Below are positions 7,452 to 16,777 of a stretch of DNA of 43,521 nt, in pieces (the stretch's first letter is position 1; each line of letters begins with the position of its first letter). Both the position numbers and the translations under genes were made by a program. Source of the DNA: an uncultured Sangeribacter sp. Its GTDB lineage: Bacteria; Bacteroidota; Bacteroidia; Bacteroidales; Muribaculaceae. The notes under the pieces were generated by a model. The model ran no database searches and was not told where the DNA came from. It saw nothing but the letters and a program-made list of their open reading frames with translations. The stretch covers positions 1 to 43,521 of the forward strand of contig CAYVAK010000001.1 in the NCBI GenBank assembly GCA_964448425.1, read 5' to 3'.

Positions 7452-8564
7452 CTAAACAGGAAGGGCGAGCATAGGTATGTCGCGTTCAAACAAAATTTTG
7501 TGGGCGATGCTGGGGTTGAAGAGGCGCGCAAAGATGTTTTTCTTTTTGTTGGGGATCACAAGCATCTTTACGTGGCCCGATTCTATTAATTGTTGAATTG
7601 TGTTTTTGAGATCATTCTGCCCGAGGTCGGCAACAGAGAATTGCTGCGCCGGATAATGGGAGGTAAAATAATTGTAGAGGGCCTCTACCCTACCTTTGAG
7701 CTTTGAGCCGACCCGGTCGTTGACCGGTATGATGGTGATATTCATTGGCTTAGCGTTGTTGATACGGATGAACGAATCCATGGCAAGGAGGTCGTGTTGG
7801 TCAATATTGCAGAAAAAGGCCACGTTGTCGAAATGCTCCAGCGAAGAGAATTCAAACTTTTCGGGCACGGTGAATATTGGGAATGCCGACGAGTCGAGCA
7901 CCTCGGCGGTGACACTGCCCACCATGTCTTGCGCCTTCTTATGGCTACCGCGAGTGCCCATCACAATGAGCGCCGGCAGGTTGCTGTTGGCATAGTTGAG
8001 AATAGCCTCTTCAGGCACACCCTCAAATATTTCATGAGCAAAATGCAAATCGGGGATATCGCCATCGGCCACAGCCTGCTTGATGCGCTTAATGAAGTGG
8101 TTCATCTCGATATTGGCAGAAGCCTTGAGGTCTTTTCTCACCTGGATATCCGACCTTTCGAGGGTGAAAGTGTCGGTATTACCGAGGTTACCATCGAAGT
8201 ATGGGGTGGCATAGACATGGAGCAACACCGGCTGCAAGTCGAGCAAGTCGGCGTAAGCGAAGGCCACTTTAGCAGCGGTGAAGCTATAGTCGGAAAAGTC
8301 GACGGGCACAAGCACCTTGGGCTTTTTAGAGGCACGCTTACCGGAGGGAAGAGAGGGCGAAAAGAGCTCGGGATTTTCCACCAGCCGAAGGGCCAAAGGG
8401 AGGTCGTCTTGTGCAATTCGCACCCTCACGCCGGAGGCGAGCTTTGGGTTGTCGATATTGACATTCTCGAGCTCGGTGGCGATGCCGTTTTTCTCCAAGA
8501 CACGACGAAGCCCCACGGCATAGTCGTAGGTGTGTATAGCCAGAGTTATGAAAACTTTTTCCAT
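7452..8564 (-). CDS. Universal stress protein with N-terminal DUF2007-like domain
   Basis: USP motifs VLVPVDFSDYS, LIVMGTRG and GSVTAEVL. N-terminal domain of about 65 aa and a degenerate second USP domain ending IPMLALP. Confidence 0.88.
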   Translation of the reverse strand: MEKVFITLAIHTYDYAVGLRRVLEKNGIATELENVNIDNPKLASGVRVRIAQDDLPLALRLVENPELFSPSLPSGKRASKKPKVLVPVDFSDYSFTAAKVAFAYADLLDLQPVLLHVYATPYFDGNLGNTDTFTLERSDIQVRKDLKASANIEMNHFIKRIKQAVADGDIPDLHFAHEIFEGVPEEAILNYANSNLPALIVMGTRGSHKKAQDMVGSVTAEVLDSSAFPIFTVPEKFEFSSLEHFDNVAFFCNIDQHDLLAMDSFIRINNAKPMNITIIPVNDRVGSKLKGRVEALYNYFTSHYPAQQFSVADLGQNDLKNTIQQLIESGHVKMLVIPNKKKNIFARLFNPSIAHKILFERDIPMLALPV

Positions 8565-8644
8565 ATTTGCATCAGAAAAGTGAGAGGAGCTACAGCTCGA
8601 GGAGAGATATATTAAAACTATCAGGGAGGCATGAGCGGAATCGC

Positions 8645-8679
8645 AAAAATCGAGGTGAAGATATAGGTCTTCACCTCGA
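8645..8679 (-). terminator. Intrinsic terminator downstream of the 85-aa gene
   Basis: Perfect 12-bp stem TCGAGGTGAAGA/TCTTCACCTCGA (8650-8679). The A5 at 8645-8649 gives a U-tract on the minus strand. Confidence 0.85.
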
Positions 8680-8698
8680 ACTCAATACCGATTGATTA

Positions 8699-8956
8699 TT
8701 ATTTCTTGTTTTGTTCTTCGAGGATTTGAACAGCCATATCATAAATGGTAGTATCGTCAAGCACAACAATACCACCATCAGGTCCCGGCTCTATATGCAT
8801 AGCCGCGTTTCGTCCAAATTGATAATTGACCCCACCGAAATAGTTACGCACTGTTTGTACTGTGACATTGAGTTTATCAGCTATACGGTGGGTGCTACCG
8901 TCAGGCAAGCTGTCTTTGATTCTGCGAAGCTCGTTGAAAGTTATTGTTTTGCTCAT
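8699..8956 (-). CDS. Small conserved Bacteroidales DNA-binding (HTH-like) protein
   Basis: ITFNELRRIKDSLPDGSTHRIADKLNVTVQTVRNYFGG has an HTH-like pattern. Own near-consensus promoter (TAAATTAG, rc 9001-9008) and terminator. Confidence 0.8.
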   Translation of the reverse strand: MSKTITFNELRRIKDSLPDGSTHRIADKLNVTVQTVRNYFGGVNYQFGRNAAMHIEPGPDGGIVVLDDTTIYDMAVQILEEQNKK

Positions 8957-9167
8957 GATAAGAAATTTAATGAGGTTGATAGTTTTAATTATTTGTGTCG
9001 CTAATTTAATCTATTTTTTTAAGATTACAAAAAAACGATGGTTATATTTTTATAGTTTTACAACATGTTTTTCTTAGCTCTCTAATATTCAAACATTTAC
9101 GAGCGTAATTTCTGCAACAACGTTGTCGGGAGCATGGTCGCAAGGAGGATTTAAGCCCCAAAATGAG

Positions 9168-9965
9168 CTATAAAGCCACCACCTCAACCACGTCGGCGGG
9201 GAGCCAGCCGCTGAAATCGGGATTTAGATATACATTTACCCAGCTGTCGCCATGGCTATCCTTGCGGGTTTGGAGCAGACGGAAGGTGGTGCCGGAGGTA
9301 AGTGGCTCGCCCACCACCTTGGCAGAGGTCGACATGGAGGCACGCAGCGGAGTGTCGGAGGCCATCAAGACGCATTGATTCACATCTTGAGCCGACGACT
9401 TAGCTGAGAATGAGAGCATAAGTGACCCCATGGATAGCAACAGAATCACTATTGAAGAGAAGAATCCTATCTTCTTAACGCCCACTTTGGGGTGGAATAG
9501 ATAGACCACCAAAGCTGCCACGAAAAGCAGGAAGAACACAGCTGCTGTCACAGCCCAGAAGTTGCTGCCCCACGCCTCGGCATGGCTGCGCAGAGAGGCA
9601 AAAAAGCCGGGTGCTTGCGGGGTGGGGTCAAGGCTTTTGTTGCTCATGGCAGCCTCATTAGCGAGGGCCACTTTTGAGGTCACAAACTCCAGATTGGAGG
9701 CCGCCTGCGAGTTGAGCGGGTCCCATTTCAATGCTTTTCGATAATTTAACACACAGGCGCCAAAGTTGCCGGCGCCATAATAGGCGTTGCCGAGATTATA
9801 GTATAGCTCGGAACTACCGCCCCCTTGCGAGAGAGCTGTGTGGTAAAGTTCAACAGCCTTTAAATACTCTTTCGCGTTGTAAGCCTTTTGGGCATCGGTC
9901 AGCGTAGAGGCCTGAAGGGAAAGCCCCAAGGCGAGGAAAACTATATATAGAATTATTCTTTTCAT
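9168..9965 (-). CDS. batE: BatE: TPR, transmembrane and C-terminal SH3b-like protein
   Basis: Signal peptide, TPR (LYYNLGNAYY), two TM helices and SH3-like end (WVNV...SGWLP). Last gene of the bat operon. Confidence 0.85.
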   Translation of the reverse strand: MKRIILYIVFLALGLSLQASTLTDAQKAYNAKEYLKAVELYHTALSQGGGSSELYYNLGNAYYGAGNFGACVLNYRKALKWDPLNSQAASNLEFVTSKVALANEAAMSNKSLDPTPQAPGFFASLRSHAEAWGSNFWAVTAAVFFLLFVAALVVYLFHPKVGVKKIGFFSSIVILLLSMGSLMLSFSAKSSAQDVNQCVLMASDTPLRASMSTSAKVVGEPLTSGTTFRLLQTRKDSHGDSWVNVYLNPDFSGWLPADVVEVVAL

Positions 9966-9976
9966 AACTGTGTGCT

Positions 9977-11773
9977 TTATATCACCGGTTTTTTACTCAA
10001 CGAGCTCTCGAGGGAGTCAATCACACGGCAGCCGGCGGCGTATATGTCGGAAGGTTTGAGCGAGGCATTGGATGCGTATTTTGCCAGCTCGCACTCGTCG
10101 ATTAGCGCTATGAGCTTATTGATTTCAGTGTCGCTCACTCCGGCCTCGGCAAGACGAGCTGAAGCGTTGTCGCGCATCAGTTCGGAGCCGGGTATGTTAA
10201 GCTTATCGCTGAGGTAGCCCCATAGGGCTTTGAGCATCTCGTCGTAGAATAGCGAATCGTTTTTCTGCTTCATGGCCTTGGAAGCCAAGTGCAAACGTTG
10301 TCTTGCCATTTTGCTGGCCTTGCGACTCTTAAGCAGTGTGATATTAGAATAGAGACGGATTCTGCGGCGATATATTGCTATCACTGTGAGCAGGGCCACA
10401 ATCGGCAGTATATACCACAGATAATAGGCGAAGGAATCGATGAAATATGTGGGTGATTTCTGCTGTGAAGCTACAGTCTGGAGCGAGGGGTCGAAGGTGA
10501 GATTCTGAGCCTGCGAGCTACTCTTGGCACCGGGGCGTACATTCAGTTTGAAGCCCTGTGCGGTGCGGGTGTAATATTCGCCGGTCTGAGGGTTGAAGAA
10601 GGTGAATTGCAATTCCGGAATTTCAAACTCACCCTCTTTGAGCGGGATAAAGGTGACATCGAAACTGATTGAGCCGCTCACATTGTCGTCGCCAACTGTC
10701 TTCTCCACCTTGTCGTCGGTCTTCACATATTTGATTTCAGAGGGCAAAACAGATGCGATATCGGGCAAAGAGACGAAACCCGGATTGCCGACACCGCTCA
10801 CAGTGTAGTGGACAGTGGCCACCTGATTGGCCACCAAATTGGTCTTCCCTATTTTGGATGATACCTGGAAGTCGCCCACACCTGAAATCTTCTTACCGTA
10901 AGGAGGTAAGGGGCGCACCGAGAGATTTACGGTAGGCGCATCGGCATCAATCTGAGCATTCTGATACATCGGGATGGAGAAGAAATCTTCATTGTCGTAT
11001 TCAAAAAGCTGTTTTACGGAGAATGAATAGTTGTTGCCGGTGATTTTAGCATTGCCCGAATGGGTGGGAAACAGGATATATCTTTCCACAACGGCAGTGG
11101 CATAAGTCTTGCCATTGTAGGTTTCGTAAGATATGCCTGATTTGGGTCTAACGAGCTCAAATGTACAATTTTCAAACGACGGAGCAGCGGGCGCGCCCAG
11201 CAATTGCCAGCCATCGTAGGTGGTGTAGAGCTTCACAGTGTAGACCACCGGCTGCTGCTCATATGGGTTTGAGTCGGAAACCTCTGCCTTCAGAAACAGT
11301 TCATTGCCACCCACTTTGGAGAGTGTGGGCTGCTGCACACTCGGGCTCACGGCTCCTTGAGAGGGTGAGGGCGAGGGCTTCTGCGATTTGGCCGACTTGG
11401 GCCCCACATGATATTTAATGACATTCGACTTCACGCCGCCAACGCTAATGGGGCCAAACGAGTAGTCACCTTCCGTAGTGGCCCTAAGGGTGGCCACATA
11501 CTGCTGCACCGACGATGATGCGCTCTTGCCGTTGACAATTGTCATTGAACTCTCATTGCGGGCGAGGGTGAAATACATCACTTTAAATCCGGGCACATTG
11601 CCGGGGTTGTCCACGCTTTGAGATATATTGCTCACATTTATATAGAGGGCCACTTGGTCGCCCACACCGATGCCCGAAGAGGGTTGAAGATTTATCTTCA
11701 CACTCTTTTGGGAGAATGCAGCGATAGGCAGCAGTAATGCCAATAGAAATATGAATCGACGTAAACTTCTCAT
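9977..11773 (-). CDS. batD: BatD family protein
   Basis: Signal peptide, repeated beta-sandwich domains (SSMTIVNG, GVGDF, FFNP..GEY), one TM helix and basic tail. Position in the bat operon. Confidence 0.88.
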   Translation of the reverse strand: MRSLRRFIFLLALLLPIAAFSQKSVKINLQPSSGIGVGDQVALYINVSNISQSVDNPGNVPGFKVMYFTLARNESSMTIVNGKSASSSVQQYVATLRATTEGDYSFGPISVGGVKSNVIKYHVGPKSAKSQKPSPSPSQGAVSPSVQQPTLSKVGGNELFLKAEVSDSNPYEQQPVVYTVKLYTTYDGWQLLGAPAAPSFENCTFELVRPKSGISYETYNGKTYATAVVERYILFPTHSGNAKITGNNYSFSVKQLFEYDNEDFFSIPMYQNAQIDADAPTVNLSVRPLPPYGKKISGVGDFQVSSKIGKTNLVANQVATVHYTVSGVGNPGFVSLPDIASVLPSEIKYVKTDDKVEKTVGDDNVSGSISFDVTFIPLKEGEFEIPELQFTFFNPQTGEYYTRTAQGFKLNVRPGAKSSSQAQNLTFDPSLQTVASQQKSPTYFIDSFAYYLWYILPIVALLTVIAIYRRRIRLYSNITLLKSRKASKMARQRLHLASKAMKQKNDSLFYDEMLKALWGYLSDKLNIPGSELMRDNASARLAEAGVSDTEINKLIALIDECELAKYASNASLKPSDIYAAGCRVIDSLESSLSKKPVI

Positions 11774-11794
11774 ACGTAATCTTTTGGAGTGATA

Positions 11795-12634
11795 TTACCA
11801 ATTCTTTCCGTTGCGCGGACGCTTGGGGTTGTTGGTGCGATAAAGCCTCTGGCGGGTCTCATTCTCTTTATTCTCGCTCTGCTTCAAGATTCTGTCGATA
11901 GATGAATTATCCATCTTTTGGGGCTGAGCGGCCGAATTTTGCTGTTGCTGAGGTTGAGGCTTGTTTTGCTGAGGTTGGTTTTGCTGACCTTGATTTTGGT
12001 CCTTATTTTGGTCCTTGTTCTGATCTTTATTTTGATCTTTGTTCTGGTCCTTATTCTGATCTTTGTTCTGATCCTTATTCTGATCCTTATTTTGGTCCTT
12101 ATTTTGGTCTTGGTTGTTCTTGTCGATGTGCAGCTGAGCAATTCTCAAATTCCACTTTGCGGTAGAATCGGCGGGGTTGAGGCGGAGCGCTTGCTTATAT
12201 TGCTCTATTGACTGCAAATAAGCTTGCTGGCTCGATTGCTTATCGCTCTGCTCGAGGCCTTTACCCTGGAGGAAGCTCATGTTGCCCTGATTATACCAAG
12301 CCTTGGATTTCAAATCTGCTTTTGTGGACTCTGCCACCGAAGAGAATAGCGACTGAGCAGAGGCCCAAGTAGCACTATCCACCTGCTCCTTGCCTATGTT
12401 CTGACGCACAAGCGAGAGCGCATCGTTAAACTTGGCAATCTGAGAATTTGGATTGTCGCCTAAGGCCACCTGATAAAGGCTGTCGGCAGCAGCATACTCC
12501 TGAGCGGCATACTTATCATTGCCCTCTGCAACTGATTTTCGCTCCACCCTGGTGGAGGTCAACGACTTGGAGGAGCACGATGCGCCAAGGAGCAACACCA
12601 AAGCTATTAGAGATATATTTGCAAATTTAGCCAT
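11795..12634 (-). CDS. batC: BatC: TPR lipoprotein with Q/N/K/D-rich linker
   Basis: Lipobox LGASC, TPR motifs (AWYNQGN, YKQALRLNP..AKWNL), DQNK repeats and the typical C-terminal KNW. Confidence 0.85.
   Translation of the reverse strand: MAKFANISLIALVLLLGASCSSKSLTSTRVERKSVAEGNDKYAAQEYAAADSLYQVALGDNPNSQIAKFNDALSLVRQNIGKEQVDSATWASAQSLFSSVAESTKADLKSKAWYNQGNMSFLQGKGLEQSDKQSSQQAYLQSIEQYKQALRLNPADSTAKWNLRIAQLHIDKNNQDQNKDQNKDQNKDQNKDQNKDQNKDQNKDQNKDQNKDQNQGQQNQPQQNKPQPQQQQNSAAQPQKMDNSSIDRILKQSENKENETRQRLYRTNNPKRPRNGKNW
11990..12109 (-). repeat. 12-bp coding minisatellite: 9x DQNK + 1x DQNQ
   Basis: Ten consecutive 12-bp units (e.g. cttattttggtc, tttgttctgatc). The nine DQNK units differ only at synonymous positions. 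Confidence 0.95.
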
Positions 12635-12635
12635 A

Positions 12636-13697
12636 CTAATTTTCCTTCTTTGTTTTAACGGTCATGGCTCCTTTTTTAAAGAAGGTGACTTTACTTAGCA
12701 ATCTATTTTTAGAGGAGGATACGAATGTCTCGGCCACAAGCAGGACAATGGCAATAAGCGCGAATATCACAAACAGCTCATTGTGCACAGCGTAAGTGCT
12801 GGTGCTCAGAGTGGTGTGTTTCACTTCGCGCAATTTCCTTTGAAGCACATCGAGAGCGTCGGAGGTTGAGGCGTTGACATACACACCGCCACCGGCTTGC
12901 GCGAGCTTTTGGCCCAAGGCTTCATTAAGGCTTGTGCGCACAGTCTCGCCGTTCTCGTCAATCATGCTGGAGCCGTTGTAAGGTATCACAACAGGGTCGG
13001 TGGAACCGACGCCAATTATATTGACCTGAATACCGGCGGCGCGCGCCTTCTTCACAGCATCGACCGCAGCGTTCTCATCTTCAAGCTCTTCGGCATCGGT
13101 GAGGAGCACTATCGCTTTCCCTTCAGCATTTTTTGAGAAAGTGGTCATGGCGGTAGAGATTGCAGCAGAGATATTGGTGCCCTGGCTGGGCATATCTTCA
13201 GGGGATATTGAGTTGAGGAAGCTCTTGGCCGACACATAGTCGGACGAAGCGGGTATGAGTGTGTAAGCCTCGCCGGCAAACACTACCAGGCCCACCTTAT
13301 CGTTGGTCATGTTTTCAATCAAGCGAGCCATCATGACCTTGGCGGTGGTCATGCGCGAGGCATCGGTAGGGTCGGAAGTGGCTGAAGCGAGCATCGAATT
13401 GGAAGCATCTACAGCTATCGCCACCTCAATGCCGTTTTTGCTTGATTGCTGTTCCACCACTCCACCCCAAGGGCGAGCGAGAGCCACAATCACGAAGAAG
13501 AGGGCTATGAGCAACAATGTGAGCTTTACGGCCGGCTTATAGTCGGAGACTTGCGGCATGAGCGACTTTAGATTAGAAAGTTTGCCAAACCGCATCAGCT
13601 TGCGGATACGGGCCTTGCGGGCCAATATATATAAGACGGCAATGGCCGGTATTAATATCAGTAGAAACAATAATTGAGGATATGCAAAATTCAACAT
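12636..13697 (-). CDS. batB: BatB: VWA domain membrane protein
   Basis: N-terminal BatA-type TM segment, ALARP, MIDAS DASNSM, VFAGEA, LLTDAE and C-terminal TM helix. Confidence 0.88.
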   Translation of the reverse strand: MLNFAYPQLLFLLILIPAIAVLYILARKARIRKLMRFGKLSNLKSLMPQVSDYKPAVKLTLLLIALFFVIVALARPWGGVVEQQSSKNGIEVAIAVDASNSMLASATSDPTDASRMTTAKVMMARLIENMTNDKVGLVVFAGEAYTLIPASSDYVSAKSFLNSISPEDMPSQGTNISAAISTAMTTFSKNAEGKAIVLLTDAEELEDENAAVDAVKKARAAGIQVNIIGVGSTDPVVIPYNGSSMIDENGETVRTSLNEALGQKLAQAGGGVYVNASTSDALDVLQRKLREVKHTTLSTSTYAVHNELFVIFALIAIVLLVAETFVSSSKNRLLSKVTFFKKGAMTVKTKKEN

Positions 13698-13767
13698 GAT
13701 TTCAATTATTAATAGGTTAGCAACTCAAGTGAACGAGTGATTAGAGTGGCAGCGGGAGGACGAGCCG

Positions 13768-14742
13768 TTAAGGTATTCGCCTTAGCACTGTGTAGCGCAT
13801 CACCAGCTCCAGCACTAAAGCAGAGAAGGCAATGAGCACCCAAATCCAGAATTGTTCCTCGGTGCGAGTGTAATTCTTAACTTCCAATTTCGACTTCTCG
13901 AGGCTGTCAATCTCCTTAAACACCTGTTTAAGTGTGGAATTGTCAGTGGCACGGAAGAATTTACCGCCGGTGGTATCGGCAATTTTGCTCAAGGTGGTCT
14001 CATCGATAGGCACTGTCATGGTGGCAGAGGGGTCGAAGAAGGAGCCCACCGAGTATGTCCGGTCGGTACCGATACCTATGGTATAGACTCTGATGCCCTT
14101 CTCTTTGGCAATACTTGCAGCGGCAAGGGGGTCTACCTCTCCGGCATTGTTGGAGCCGTCTGTGAGCAGAATCACCGATTTGGATACAGCAGTGCCGTTT
14201 AAGAGTCGGTTGATCGAGGTCACCAGTCCATCGCCCAATGCGGTGCCGTTGCCAAGGCTACCGGTAGCCAGATTGGCTATGGCGTTGACAATAGCGGTGC
14301 GGTCGGATGTGAGAGGCATCATGGTGAGGCTCTCACCGGCAAAAGCCACAAGCGCCATATTGTCGGCATTTCGATTTTTGGCAAAGTCGGTGGCAATGTC
14401 GCGGGCCGCCTCAAATCTGTTGGGACGCATATCGGGAGTAAGCATACTCTCTGAGACATCCAGAGCCAGCACTATATCGGTGCCGTTGACACTTGAATCG
14501 GAAAGCACATCATGAGTCTGCGGGCGGCAGATGGCCACAATCAGCGCACCGATGGCCAGAAGGCGAAGCGCAAAAGCCACATGAGAGGCTATGACGCGCC
14601 ACTGTGAAGCAGCCGCCTTAAAGGCTGAGGTGTTGGAGATGGTGAGTGAGGGGATGCCGGCCTTGCTCTTCCGGTAGCGATTGTAGATTATCGGAATGAA
14701 TATCAGAAGGGCAAACAGAAAATATGGATGGAGTAATTTCAT
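13768..14742 (-). CDS. batA: BatA: VWA domain membrane protein
   Basis: RPQ, MIDAS DVSESM, GTALGDGL, LLTDGSNNAG, VYTIGIG and TTGGKFFRA. Confidence 0.92.
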   Translation of the reverse strand: MKLLHPYFLFALLIFIPIIYNRYRKSKAGIPSLTISNTSAFKAAASQWRVIASHVAFALRLLAIGALIVAICRPQTHDVLSDSSVNGTDIVLALDVSESMLTPDMRPNRFEAARDIATDFAKNRNADNMALVAFAGESLTMMPLTSDRTAIVNAIANLATGSLGNGTALGDGLVTSINRLLNGTAVSKSVILLTDGSNNAGEVDPLAAASIAKEKGIRVYTIGIGTDRTYSVGSFFDPSATMTVPIDETTLSKIADTTGGKFFRATDNSTLKQVFKEIDSLEKSKLEVKNYTRTEEQFWIWVLIAFSALVLELVMRYTVLRRIP

Positions 14743-15881
14743 GATTTTGCCTCCTTTCTGCTATGGCCCTTAGAGCGCGAACGGCGGGTAGACGTATTGT
14801 TACTTTTATATTTCGACTTCAAGGGAGCCTTCTTTCCGGATGTAGAAGCCGGCTGACTGCCTGCGGCACGTTTTTTCTCCTTCTCCTCTTTGAGCTCCTG
14901 AGCGGTAGGCTTGGTCTCCTCCACAAATTTCAGCACCTCATTGAAAGCATGAGCATTAGAATCGGCATCGGCCTGCGCGTTGGCAAATTTTGCGAAGTCG
15001 GCCACCGAGAGCACATCCATAAATCGGTCTTTGTAGGGAGCCAAACGCTTATGCTTCTTAAACTCGGCAAGAATCTGAGTGGAGGTCATCTCCGGTGCCG
15101 AGATTGAGAAACGGCGGTATATGTAATGGCGGAGAATGTCGATTAGCTCAGTGTAATACTGTTTGGTGAATCCTTTTTGCCAGAGCTCCTTAGCCTTAAG
15201 AGTTTGGAGCATCTGCATAGCCTCTTGATAAGGCGGAAGTGTCTTCTTACCCACAAGGGCGGCTATGGGATTGCGGCGACGGAACACGGCGAAATAAATC
15301 ACAGCGAGCACCACTATTAGCCCGGCAAGGATGTACCAGCCGTAGTCCACTACCCACTGAGGCAGAAAGTCCCAGAACGACGACTCGTCGTTGGCAGTAA
15401 CATCGGTGAAGTCGGCTATCTTATCGTCGACACCGGCAGCTACCGGCACCACCTTCAGGGCTACCCTGTTGCTCACCACTGTGTCGGCACCCACCACATA
15501 AGCAATCGGTGGCAGGTAATAGTAGCCGGAGTCGAAGGCCTGCACCGGCACCACATAGTCGGTTTGCACCCTTCCGCTGCCGAGGTCCATGCTCTTCTCC
15601 TTCATATCGAGGCCGAGCTCGATGGTGTCGCCAAGCACGGTGGTGTAGCCCTGCTTGGGGTCGGCACCCTCAAAAATAGGGAAGTGACCCTTAGCACCAC
15701 GGTCGGCAACTACCTGAAGCAGGAGCGTAGTCTTATCGCCCATAGTAATCACCGGCTGTGAGAGCTTGGCCGAGACGGTGGTCGGAGCAGCTTGGGAGGG
15801 AATATATGAGGCAACTGCCAGCAGCACAGCCATCAATAGGCTGTGAATGTGACAATTACCTATGTTCATAATCTGTTTCAT
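14739..15881 (-). CDS. Bat-operon membrane protein (BatD-like N-terminus, TM, cytoplasmic helical domain)
   Basis: Signal peptide, beta domain (FDSGYY.LPP), TM helix and YYTEL..ILR.YI..RF...A.EMTS..I...ADFAKFA. 4-bp ATGA overlap with batA. Confidence 0.8.
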   Translation of the reverse strand: MKQIMNIGNCHIHSLLMAVLLAVASYIPSQAAPTTVSAKLSQPVITMGDKTTLLLQVVADRGAKGHFPIFEGADPKQGYTTVLGDTIELGLDMKEKSMDLGSGRVQTDYVVPVQAFDSGYYYLPPIAYVVGADTVVSNRVALKVVPVAAGVDDKIADFTDVTANDESSFWDFLPQWVVDYGWYILAGLIVVLAVIYFAVFRRRNPIAALVGKKTLPPYQEAMQMLQTLKAKELWQKGFTKQYYTELIDILRHYIYRRFSISAPEMTSTQILAEFKKHKRLAPYKDRFMDVLSVADFAKFANAQADADSNAHAFNEVLKFVEETKPTAQELKEEKEKKRAAGSQPASTSGKKAPLKSKYKSNNTSTRRSRSKGHSRKEAKS

Positions 15882-15883
15882 TG

Positions 15884-16759
15884 TTAATGTAGGCTTCTCT
15901 TTTTAAACATGGCAAGCAGCGCTTTCACAAAGTCGTCGTCGGTGGAGATAGACACAAGGTCTACCCCGCTTCGGCGGGTGGCAAGGGTGAGTGCCTGCTG
16001 ATTTTCATACCATTTTTTATCGAAAATTTGCCTTACTCGTTTCGACGAGGTGTCAATCCACCGCTCATCGCCGGTCTCGCTGTCCTTGACTCTCAGATAG
16101 CCCACATTGGGGAGTTGGGCATCGCGTTTGTCGTAGACTTGAATGGCCACAAGGTCGTGCTTGCGGTTGGCAATCTCCATGGATTTGGAGTAGTTGTGAT
16201 CGTCGATGAAGTCGGTGAGCAGGAATGTGGTGGTGCGCTTCTTAAGAGCGTTTGTGAGATATTCGAGCGCCTGATTTATGTCGGTGCCTTGCGAAGAGGG
16301 CTCAAAGTCTATTATCTCTCTGATAATAAGCAATATGTGTTTCTTACCCTTCTTCGGGGGGATGAATTTCTCAATCTTGTCGCTAAAGAAGATTACGCCC
16401 ACTTTATCGTTGTTCTGAATTGAGGAAAAGGCCAATGTGGCGGCAATCTCAGCCATCATCTCCTTCTTGGGGACGCCCACAGCGCCAAAATTACGGCTGC
16501 CGGAGACATCGATGAGAAGCATCATGGTGAGCTCACGGTCTTCCTCATAGACTTTCACAAAGGGTCGGTTCTGGCGAGCGGTGACATTCCAATCTATGTC
16601 GCGAATGTCGTCGCCATACTGATATTCCCTCACTTCGGAAAATATCACGCCACGGCCTTTGAAGGCGGTGTGATATTCGCCGGCGAAAATATTTTGAGAC
16701 AACCCGCGGGTTTTAATCTCAATCCGTCGTACTTTCTTTAAGAGCTCGTTAGAATCCAT
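15884..16759 (-). CDS. DUF58 family protein (MoxR partner)
   Basis: KGRGVIFSEVREYQYGDDIRDIDWNVTAR and DVSGS. Confidence 0.92.
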   Translation of the reverse strand: MDSNELLKKVRRIEIKTRGLSQNIFAGEYHTAFKGRGVIFSEVREYQYGDDIRDIDWNVTARQNRPFVKVYEEDRELTMMLLIDVSGSRNFGAVGVPKKEMMAEIAATLAFSSIQNNDKVGVIFFSDKIEKFIPPKKGKKHILLIIREIIDFEPSSQGTDINQALEYLTNALKKRTTTFLLTDFIDDHNYSKSMEIANRKHDLVAIQVYDKRDAQLPNVGYLRVKDSETGDERWIDTSSKRVRQIFDKKWYENQQALTLATRRSGVDLVSISTDDDFVKALLAMFKKRSLH

Positions 16760-16777
16760 GCTCTTTATGATTTAAGA

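Noticed and set aside
11990-12109. Possible CRISPR array
   Set aside because: Contiguous in-frame 12-bp coding units with no spacers, and no cas genes.
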